64,000 nucleotides of DNA from the sequence record OP380604.1. One strand, 5' to 3'. The notes under the pieces are model-generated. The model did not search any database. It was not told where the DNA came from and was given only the letters and a program-made list of their open reading frames with translations. Below, one piece after another: positions 1 to 5,988 of the stretch (positions are counted from its first letter, which is position 1; each line of letters begins with the position of its first letter). Made by a program: the position numbers and the translations under genes.

Positions 1-69
1 GTAGCTCATTGGTAGAGCACTCCCCTGATAAGGGAGGGGTAGACAGTTCAACTCTGTCCACGGCTACCA
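1..69 (+). tRNA. tRNA-Ile(GAU), 5' end truncated by window
   Basis: D arm GCTC/GAGC, anticodon stem CTCCC/GGGAG with loop CTGATAA, T arm GACAG-TTCAACT-CTGTC, ends ACCA. Confidence 0.9.
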
Positions 70-94
70 AATTCAACAACAATGAGAGAATAAA

Positions 95-190
95 ATGAAT
101 CTAATAATCCCGGTATTGTTCTTGTGTGATAACGATCATCAAGACTGTCACCCAGATGGATGTTTTTATTGTTCGCATTATTATTTGTAG
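95..190 (+). CDS. 31-aa Cys/His-rich micropeptide (MNLIIPVLFLCDNDHQDCHPDGCFYCSHYYL)
   Basis: Read manually; GAGAG upstream of ATG; fills gap between tRNAs. Confidence 0.4.
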   Translation: MNLIIPVLFLCDNDHQDCHPDGCFYCSHYYL

Positions 191-197
191 TTTAAAC

Positions 198-272
198 GGT
201 GTATTAGTATAATGGCTATTATTCGTGACTGTCTATCACAAGATACGGGTTCGATTCCCGTATACACCGCCA
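198..272 (+). tRNA. tRNA-Asp(GUC)
   Basis: Acceptor GGTGTAT/ATACACC, loop CTGTCTA, T loop TTCGATT, GCCA. Confidence 0.92.
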
Positions 273-558
273 GATTTTCTGCCTAGCAGGAAAGAAAGAA
301 CTTACCCGACAAAAGTTTAGTTCTTAGTTCTTTGAATAGTTTGACTGGATTCACTTCTGCAAACACATACAAACTCGAAATCTACTATTAATGGATAGCA
401 CTCCTTTACTTCGGTACTTGGATGTGCGGCTGAGAGGGAACAGCATATAAAAGTAACGCGGGTTAGTCACCGCTCCCGTATGTGAATCCGAAGACTTGCG
501 ATAATCACTTGCAAATAGTGATTATTCTAATGTATACTTTCGAGTATCTATTAGAATC

Positions 559-634
559 GGGGGTTTAGCTCAGTTGGGAGAGCAACTGGTTTGCAACCAG
601 TAGGTCAAGGGTTCGAATCCCTTAACTTCCACCA
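559..634 (+). tRNA. tRNA-Ala(UGC)
   Basis: Cloverleaf, G3.U70, loop TTTGCAA, ACCA. Confidence 0.95.
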
Positions 635-641
635 AATTTAA

Positions 642-716
642 GCGGGATTAGCTCAGAGGTAGAGCGTCAGCCTTCCAAGCTGTTCGTCGCCGATTCGAAT
701 TCGGTATCCCGCTCCA
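642..716 (+). tRNA. tRNA-Gly(UCC)
   Basis: GCGGGAT/ATCCCGC, loop CTTCCAA, TCCA. Confidence 0.95.
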
Positions 717-722
717 GACATT

Positions 723-797
723 GTGCCGGTAGCCAAGTGGTAAGGCAAGTGATTGCAAATCACTTTATCGTCTGTTCAAATCAGATCCGGTACTCCA
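723..797 (+). tRNA. tRNA-Cys(GCA)
   Basis: GTGCCGG/CCGGTAC, loop TTGCAAA, U73, CCA. Confidence 0.93.
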
Positions 798-813
798 TAA
801 TTGAGGGTCAACG

Positions 814-909
814 ATGTTGATTAAATCGATTTTAAAGATGTATACTGATAACTGTTGGCGTTGTGGTTATTACGGCAGTAAATGCATTTGTGATAGTCCA
901 TACGCTTGA
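814..909 (+). CDS. 31-aa CxxC...CxC micropeptide (MLIKSILKMYTDNCWRCGYYGSKCICDSPYA)
   Basis: Read manually; GAGGG RBS at 803-807; four Cys in zinc-ribbon-like spacing. Confidence 0.45.
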   Translation: MLIKSILKMYTDNCWRCGYYGSKCICDSPYA

Positions 910-933
910 TCAAACAACATTGAGAAATAAGTT

Positions 934-1359
934 ATGAGCTTACCTAGTTATGCGCTGTTCATGAAGAACGGCGATTGTGTTGGGTCATGCTTTATCAACT
1001 GCGGTTGGTGGCATGATGAACCTCGCACACTGAAACAAATAATTCGTTATACCGAAACCGATGAATGTCCTATTGACTATGATAGCGTAATCGCGTATGG
1101 TGTTACGTATAGCAATGACTTAGAATTCGAGCTTCTGAAAGCAGAAGAAACGGAAGCTAAGTTAAAAGAGATCGCTGAAAATAAGCGTAAGCAAAGTTGG
1201 GAAGATTTACATCAGAAGATGATCGAACGGATGAAACCGATTGATCGAATGCTTCCTGAATTGATTGCTGCTGAAATATACGGAGTTCAGCCAATGAATG
1301 AACATGTTCCTAACGTTTTTTCGTTGAAGGTAGTTTACGGCGATGATATTTCTTGCTAA
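934..1359 (+). CDS. Hypothetical protein whose C-terminus resembles the T4 gp23 major capsid segment containing the Gol peptide
   Basis: RMLPELIAAEIYGVQPMNEHVPNVFSLKVVYG vs gp23 RAIPNLIAFDICGVQPMNSPTGQVFALRAVYG. Confidence 0.75.
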   Translation: MSLPSYALFMKNGDCVGSCFINCGWWHDEPRTLKQIIRYTETDECPIDYDSVIAYGVTYSNDLEFELLKAEETEAKLKEIAENKRKQSWEDLHQKMIERMKPIDRMLPELIAAEIYGVQPMNEHVPNVFSLKVVYGDDISC

Positions 1360-1543
1360 GATACGTTATATGAAAAGCGAATACATGGGTTCATCTAAAT
1401 CATTCGATACCATTAAACTGGTAGAAGCAGAAGATGCAGACGAGGCCGATAGCAAAGTTCGCGAATATTACAACGACAAAAGTTCAGATTATGGCACATA
1501 TTATTCTGTGCTGGATGTTTCGATTGAAGAACCGATTAGGTGA
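1343..1543 (+). CDS. Hypothetical protein
   Basis: 66-aa ORF tiling with neighbours. Confidence 0.65.
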   Translation: MIFLAKIRYMKSEYMGSSKSFDTIKLVEAEDADEADSKVREYYNDKSSDYGTYYSVLDVSIEEPIR

Positions 1544-1546
1544 ATT

Positions 1547-1735
1547 ATGAGTAAAGAAATTCGAATGAGGTTTACATTAAAAGAACTGAAACAAATGATT
1601 GAACTTGCGGAAACCAATAACACAACTCTCGTTGATGTTGGTTATACCCCGGGTAGTATCAGTTCTATGGTTAGAGCTAAACCTGTTGTTAAAGATGCCG
1701 AATTCGTAGACATTACCGATTACGATAGTTGGTAA
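1547..1735 (+). CDS. Hypothetical protein
   Basis: 62-aa ORF, AGGTG RBS. Confidence 0.7.
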   Translation: MSKEIRMRFTLKELKQMIELAETNNTTLVDVGYTPGSISSMVRAKPVVKDAEFVDITDYDSW

Positions 1736-1745
1736 AAATAATTAT

Positions 1746-1816
1746 AGGGGCGTAGCAAATCGGTTATGCGGCGGATTCCAAATCCGTTGAGGTGGGTTCG
1801 ACTCCTACCGCCCCTG
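1746..1816 (+). tRNA. tRNA-Trp(CCA), CCA end not encoded
   Basis: AGGGGCG/CGCCCCT, loop TTCCAAA, T loop TTCGACT. Confidence 0.9.
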
Positions 1817-1825
1817 CAAAATAAC

Positions 1826-1901
1826 GCGCCGTTAGCTTAGTCGGTAGAGCATCGGACTTTTAATCCGAGGGTCGGTGATTCGAGTTCACCACGGCGCACC
1901 A
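1826..1901 (+). tRNA. tRNA-Lys(UUU)
   Basis: GCGCCGT/ACGGCGC, loop CTTTTAA, ACCA. Confidence 0.95.
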
Positions 1902-2113
1902 AATAGTCGAGTCATGTTGTTAGTCATGACTAACAATGTGGCGACAGGCTATAAAAAAGCGATAGATTGAAGAAGGGGCGAATAACTTAAACGTTACTAT
2001 TGACTTCCTCGCGCTTCTGTTACTGCGGCTTATGAGCGGTGGTAATAGTTAAATCTCTTTACAACACCAAGTGTTGATTATTGCCTCGGTATCTGATACT
2101 CTGGATACCGTCT

Positions 2114-2188
2114 AGTGAATTAGCTCAGAGGTAGAGCAAGTGCTTCATACGCACTGGGTCACTGGTTCGAATCCAGTATTCACTACCA
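2114..2188 (+). tRNA. tRNA-Met(CAU), elongator type
   Basis: AGTGAAT/ATTCACT, loop TTCATAC, ACCA. Confidence 0.9.
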
Positions 2189-2230
2189 AATAATCGCGCT
2201 TAAACCGCTGATTCACGTTTAAGCCTTCTC

Positions 2231-2304
2231 GGGGACGTAGATAACTACACAATCGCAGGTCACTGGGATCTGAGATACGGGTGGAAATCCCGTCGTCTCC
2301 ACCA
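2231..2304 (+). ncRNA. tRNA-like RNA with Ala-type acceptor and non-canonical loops
   Basis: GGGGACG/CGTCTCC+ACCA (G3.U70), stems GAT/ATC, CAGGT/ATCTG, ACGGG/CCCGT; loops lack D-loop GG, U33 and TTC. Confidence 0.7.
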
Positions 2305-2308
2305 AATA

Positions 2309-2435
2309 TAAGTGCATTGCCCTAAACATCATTGGACGAGATAAGCCCTCGTATGGAGCCAACGAGCCGCAAGCTTGTAGCAATCAAAGGCTAGTCAGTG
2401 GGTACTACCTGACGGGGATCGCGACAGTGCATTTA
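2309..2435 (+). ncRNA. Putative multibranch structured RNA
   Basis: 11-bp closing stem 2309-2319/2425-2435; inner hairpins ACGAG/CTCGT and GTCAG/CTGAC; no ORF. Confidence 0.45.
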
Positions 2436-2444
2436 AATTTGGTA

Positions 2445-2451
2445 CTAAATA
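2445..2451 (+). promoter_or_regulatory. Putative T4-type late promoter (CTAAATA)
   Basis: Same heptamer recurs at 2899, 4690, 6777, 20924, 54084 just upstream of genes. Confidence 0.5.
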
Positions 2452-2475
2452 GACTTGCTATTAAAGGAGTTTATA

Positions 2476-2715
2476 ATGAGTAATGATTTAGACGCTCGCG
2501 CCAATCGTGGCTCGGGTAATCAATGCAGCAAAGCATGGTACGACGCTCCATTGTGGAAAAACGTTGGTCCACTTGCTAGAAAGAAAGCAGCGGAAGCCGC
2601 TGAAAAAGAAAAACAAAAAGATGTTTACTCTACTGCGGAAACATGCGATAATGTTCCTGTTGTTGAAGAAGACTTAAAAGCAAAACAAAGACGATTGTTT
2701 AGTTTCGCTTACTGA
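2476..2715 (+). CDS. Hypothetical protein (79 aa)
   Basis: AAGGAG RBS before ATG 2476; ends QRRLFSFAY. Confidence 0.7.
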   Translation: MSNDLDARANRGSGNQCSKAWYDAPLWKNVGPLARKKAAEAAEKEKQKDVYSTAETCDNVPVVEEDLKAKQRRLFSFAY

Positions 2716-2719
2716 CAGA

Positions 2720-2795
2720 TCTCCGTTCGTCTAGTGGACTAGGACACTGCCCTTTCACGGCGGTAACATGGATTCGAATTCCATACGGAGAACCA
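2720..2795 (+). tRNA. tRNA-Glu(UUC)
   Basis: TCTCCGT/ACGGAGA, loop CTTTCAC, ACCA. Confidence 0.95.
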
Positions 2796-2815
2796 AATTG
2801 ATTAGTGCGCTAAGA

Positions 2816-2888
2816 TGCGAGTTGGAGGAGAGGCCGTCCTCGCTGGGCTCATATCCCAGAGATCACCTGTTCGAATCAGGTACTCGCT
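2816..2888 (+). tRNA. Initiator-type tRNA-Met(CAU) embedded in a 14-bp flanking stem, no CCA
   Basis: 1:72 mismatch (T.T), GGG/CCC anticodon stem, loop CTCATAT; flanks 2802-2815/2889-2902 pair. Confidence 0.8.
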
Positions 2889-2914
2889 TCTTAGCGTACT
2901 AAATAAAGAATAAT

Positions 2915-3006
2915 GGATGTGCTGCAATGACGGTGGTATTGCACCAGACTGTAAATCTGGCCCCACAGGGTAAACATTGTAGGTTCGACTCCTACCGCAT
3001 CCACCA
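2915..3006 (+). tRNA. tRNA-Tyr(GUA)
   Basis: GGATGTG/CGCATCC, loop CTGTAAA, long variable arm, ACCA. Confidence 0.93.
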
Positions 3007-3012
3007 AATTTC

Positions 3013-3084
3013 GCCTCTATAGCTCAGTGGTAGAGCAACTGCCTTGTAAGCAGTAGGTCCTCGGTTCGAGTCCGAGTGGGGGCT
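3013..3084 (+). tRNA. tRNA-Thr(UGU), CCA not encoded
   Basis: GCCTCTA/TGGGGGC, loop CTTGTAA. Confidence 0.9.
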
Positions 3085-3168
3085 CAGTAAGAGGGATCCA
3101 GATGCCCCGTTTGCAGCATCTGGTATGTAACTCGTTACATAAATGCTTTCTTTCGAGTGATCATTTAT

Positions 3169-3244
3169 GTGACGGTAGTTCAGTTGGTAGAACTCCAGGT
3201 TGTGATCCTGGTAGTCACGGGTTCGAAGCCCGTCCGTCACCCCA
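3169..3244 (+). tRNA. tRNA-His(GUG)
   Basis: GTGACGG/CCGTCAC, loop TTGTGAT, C73, CCA; -1 base is T. Confidence 0.93.
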
Positions 3245-3249
3245 ATCAC

Positions 3250-3325
3250 GGGTCCTTAGCTCAGTTAGTAGAGCATATGCCTGAAGAGCATAGTGTCCTC
3301 GGTGCGATTCCGAGAGGGCCCACCA
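3250..3325 (+). tRNA. tRNA-Phe(GAA)
   Basis: GGGTCCT/AGGGCCC, loop CTGAAGA, T loop TGCGATT, ACCA. Confidence 0.9.
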
Positions 3326-3350
3326 GTTTAATCGCTTTGAAAGGTGAAAT

Positions 3351-3456
3351 CGCTAATGCTTTTAAGTGCAATGAGATAACTTCTCGAAAGTCGGGATATA
3401 GATTGCCCCGTCGGTATTGATTTCATGTAGAGTTCGATTCTCTACCTTAGCGTCCT
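3351..3456 (+). ncRNA. tRNA-like RNA with enlarged central domain
   Basis: CGCTAA/TTAGCG acceptor-like stem, T arm GTAGAG-TTCGATT-CTCTAC, ATGAGA/TTTCAT stem enclosing ~44 nt. Confidence 0.55.
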
Positions 3457-3472
3457 ATTATAAAAGAATATT

Positions 3473-3549
<77 letters not shown>

Positions 3550-3675
3550 GAGTTGCCTGTAAAGGCCCGTTAAAGAGAATGCTAACAATGTCCTAGGAAA
3601 CTTTGTTAGAAGTCCAGCTGAAAATTCCCTCTCCCGTTTTGAACGGTGATGCGATTTAAGGGGCGAGTGATTCAC

Positions 3676-3704
3676 TTGTGGATCATTTCAAAGTATTCTA
3701 ATAT
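3676..3704 (+). promoter_or_regulatory. Putative sigma70-like promoter with -10 in hairpin loop
   Basis: TTGTGG-N17-TAATAT; arms 3687-3699/3705-3717. Confidence 0.45.
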
Positions 3705-3835
3705 AGAGTTCTTTGAATTGATTCAAGCGTTGCATCGTTTGAATATGTGGAGTTACCTTAGTAGGCCGTAGAGATACGTTGTCCGAAAGATAAGACGATG
3801 ATCCACGTTAAACGTTCATATTCGTCCCAGTTTAT

Positions 3836-3911
3836 AGGGGATTCGCCTAGTTGGCCCAAGGCACCGGGTTTGATCCCGGTATCACAAGTTCGAATCTTGT
3901 ATCCCCCGCCA
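3836..3911 (+). tRNA. tRNA-Gln(UUG)-like with 6-nt anticodon loop
   Basis: AGGGGAT/ATCCCCC, CCGGG-TTTGAT-CCCGG, T loop TTCGAAT, GCCA. Confidence 0.75.
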
Positions 3912-3919
3912 AATTTAGC

Positions 3920-3948
3920 TTGCAAAGGCTAAAATGAGCTGCTATGAT
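3920..3948 (+). promoter_or_regulatory. sigma70-like promoter with -10 in hairpin loop
   Basis: TTGCAA-N17-TATGAT; arms GAGCTGC/GTAGCTC. Confidence 0.55.
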
Positions 3949-4050
3949 TCCCGTAGCTCGTTAAATTATCAAACGGGAAGGTGATGCGCGTATGTAGCCA
4001 GAACGTAATGTTCAAGAGTCATGACGACATAGAGCCGTGTCGAAGAATTT

Positions 4051-4142
4051 GGAAGCGTGGCAGAGTATGGCTTATTGCAACTGACTTGAAATCAGTCAGT
4101 CGAGAAATCGGCCCGTGGGTTCAAATCCTACCGCTTCCGCCA
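4051..4142 (+). tRNA. tRNA-Ser(UGA)
   Basis: GGAAGCG/CGCTTCC, loop CTTGAAA, long variable arm, GCCA. Confidence 0.95.
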
Positions 4143-4166
4143 AATCAAACAATAGAGAGTTATATT

Positions 4167-4388
4167 ATGAAAGCGACAAAACAAGATCTTGAACTAGCAT
4201 CCCGTTTCGCTGATAAAGCTGATTCATACGGTTTCGCTACTACTCAAGGTGATGCCAAATGTACCAATCAACAAATCGAAAAGCTGCTAAAGCTTGGACT
4301 GATTAAAGTTACTCGCGGTGTTCACTGCATTGGTCAGAAAGATTTTGGTGGTTTTGTTCGAAGAGGCACTCACTATTGCAAAGCTTAA
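4167..4388 (+). CDS. Hypothetical protein (73 aa)
   Basis: GAGAG RBS, ATG 4167 (longer ORF-track start overlaps tRNA-Ser). Confidence 0.7.
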   Translation: MKATKQDLELASRFADKADSYGFATTQGDAKCTNQQIEKLLKLGLIKVTRGVHCIGQKDFGGFVRRGTHYCKA

Positions 4389-4498
4389 AACGAGAGATCG
4401 AGGAAAATGTAAGAGCCTCGTTCGAGTTATCCGGCAAGCGTGTTACTGATTCTCAATGGGAACAGATTAAACGAGTTGCTGAATACATCAAAGAACAT

Positions 4499-4586
4499 GG
4501 AGAAATGACAGAGAGGCCGAACGTAGCGGATTGCTAATTCGTAGGCCCGCAAGGGTCCGTGGGTTCGAATCCCACTTTCTCCTCCA
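4499..4586 (+). tRNA. tRNA-Ser(GCU)
   Basis: GGAGAAA/TTTCTCC, loop TTGCTAA, long variable arm, CCA. Confidence 0.92.
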
Positions 4587-4588
4587 AT

Positions 4589-4666
4589 GCACCAATGATG
4601 GGAATTGGTCTACCTGGCTGATTTAGATTCAGTCGCTTCTCGGTTCGAATCCGAGTTGGTGCACCA
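4589..4666 (+). tRNA. tRNA-Leu(UAG) with short variable loop
   Basis: GCACCAA/TTGGTGC, loop TTTAGAT, variable loop only CGCTT, ACCA. Confidence 0.88.
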
Positions 4667-4689
4667 AATAAATTGGTAGCCGCATACGT

Positions 4690-4696
4690 CTAAATA
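4690..4696 (+). promoter_or_regulatory. Putative late promoter (CTAAATA) for the endonuclease
   Basis: 16 nt upstream of ATG 4713. Confidence 0.55.
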
Positions 4697-4712
4697 ATAC
4701 AAATAAAGTATT

Positions 4713-5441
4713 ATGGAGAACGTTATGGCTACTCATAGAAAACCGGAACAAATAGAAACTACCGATCTTTGTAAATATGGATGCGGAAATATCGCAAAAT
4801 ATAAAAGTGTTGGTGGGAATCTGATGTGTGAATGTTCGTCAAATAAATGTCCGGTTAATATAAAAAAGAATTCAGAAAAACTAAAAGCACTATATGATTC
4901 TGGTATGAGAAAATCCGGAGCGGAGCTGTATAAATCTCTTAGCCACGACATCAAAACTAGAATGTCGTGGAGTAAAGGATTAACAAAAGAAACCAATTCC
5001 GAACTGGAGAGACCAACTTTGGTTGGTAAACGGTTTGGTGCATCATTGTACGGCCACACAGAAGAATCAAAGCGCAAGATTTCCATAGCCAGAACGGAGT
5101 GGCTAAAGAAGACTGAAAACCGAACGAATCTTGGAAGATTCAAAAAGTCTTGGATGGAAGAAACATTTGAATCGTATCTAAATGAAAATAAAATTACGGG
5201 TTGGATAGCAGAGAAACACTTCTACTCTCCTGTTACAAAGAAAAATTATTATGTTGACTTTCTCTTTCAAGAAAAGATGCTTATATTAGAATTGGATGGA
5301 ACCCAACATAGAAAGTCTATAGAACATGATAAACAAAGAGACTTGTGGTTCAATAGTATTGGATACAAAGTTATAAGAGTTCCGGTTGACGAATTCAAAC
5401 GGAGATTTTTCTCCGGGGTTGGGTTTATCGATCTACTGTAA
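4713..5441 (+). CDS. Free-standing homing-type endonuclease: Cys-rich N-terminus, NUMOD3-like motif, DUF559/Vsr-like PD-(D/E)XK domain
   Basis: CKYGCG..CECSSNKCP; GHTEESKRKISIAR; YVDFLFQEKMLILELDGTQH..DKQRDLWFNSIGYKVIRV. Confidence 0.82.
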   Translation: MENVMATHRKPEQIETTDLCKYGCGNIAKYKSVGGNLMCECSSNKCPVNIKKNSEKLKALYDSGMRKSGAELYKSLSHDIKTRMSWSKGLTKETNSELERPTLVGKRFGASLYGHTEESKRKISIARTEWLKKTENRTNLGRFKKSWMEETFESYLNENKITGWIAEKHFYSPVTKKNYYVDFLFQEKMLILELDGTQHRKSIEHDKQRDLWFNSIGYKVIRVPVDEFKRRFFSGVGFIDLL

Positions 5442-5446
5442 TAAAT

Positions 5447-5471
5447 AAAAGGGAGCTTCGGCTCCCTTTTT
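5447..5471 (+). terminator. Intrinsic terminator
   Basis: AAAAGGGAGC-TTCG-GCTCCCTTTTT. Confidence 0.85.
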
Positions 5472-5486
5472 CATTAGGAGTATAAT

Positions 5487-5873
5487 ATGAGTTTCAAAGA
5501 GTTTAAAGGCGATACAAACTCAAGTGTTGGCGAACTAATTTCCAAGCTTCTGAAAAGCGTGGCATACGTTCATCACCAACACCTGACTACTACTATCTAT
5601 AGCCGTCACAAAGCGCTCCAAGCGTATTACGAAGAACTTCCAGAGCTGATTGATAGCTTTGCAGAATGCGCTATCGCTCGTGGATATGCTCAGAGTTTTA
5701 CAGCTACTCATGCGGAAGTTGAAGTTGAAATGATGATTGACAATTTCCTGCAAGAGTGTACTATGGTGCATGAGTATTTGGAGACTAAACGCCATTTCGA
5801 TCTGGTGAATACACTGGAAGATATCATGACGTTTTTGACTTCGATTAGATACAAATTGAATCTTAAAGGTTGA
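5487..5873 (+). CDS. Ferritin/Dps-like four-helix protein
   Basis: HHQHLTTTIYSRHKALQAYYEELPELIDSFAE motif typical of T4-like phage Dps-like proteins. Confidence 0.7.
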   Translation: MSFKEFKGDTNSSVGELISKLLKSVAYVHHQHLTTTIYSRHKALQAYYEELPELIDSFAECAIARGYAQSFTATHAEVEVEMMIDNFLQECTMVHEYLETKRHFDLVNTLEDIMTFLTSIRYKLNLKG

Positions 5874-5899
5874 CTATCATTAGGAACTGTGTAATAATG
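5870..5899 (+). promoter_or_regulatory. Early-type promoter with inverted repeat around -10
   Basis: TTGACT..TAATAAT; arms TAGGAACTGT/ATGGTTCCTA. Confidence 0.65.
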
Positions 5900-5913
5900 G
5901 TTCCTATAAACAT

Positions 5914-5988
5914 GGCCCCGTAGCTGGAGGGTTCAAGCTGGCAGCTCATAACTGCTTGATGTGGGTTCGATTCCCACCGGGGCCACCA
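5914..5988 (+). tRNA. tRNA-Ile2(CAU) (lysidine type)
   Basis: GGCCCCG/CGGGGCC acceptor and loop CTCATAA resemble enterobacterial ileX; ACCA. Confidence 0.8.

Noticed and set aside
427-445. GCGGCTGAGAG as a TPP-riboswitch core
   Set aside because: The downstream CCCG/AACCTGA and P4-P5 elements are absent.
2992-3420. ORFs 2992-3249(-), 3102-3284 and 3157-3420, plus 13868-14089(-) and the 5' part of 3981-4388
   Set aside because: They run through tRNA or tRNA-like genes; sequence is explained by the RNAs.
2231-3456. Possible tmRNA (Ala-type acceptor at 2231; tmRNA-like junction at 3351)
   Set aside because: Each element closes on itself in 74-105 nt, with no tag reading frame or pseudoknot region; no two-piece arrangement evident.
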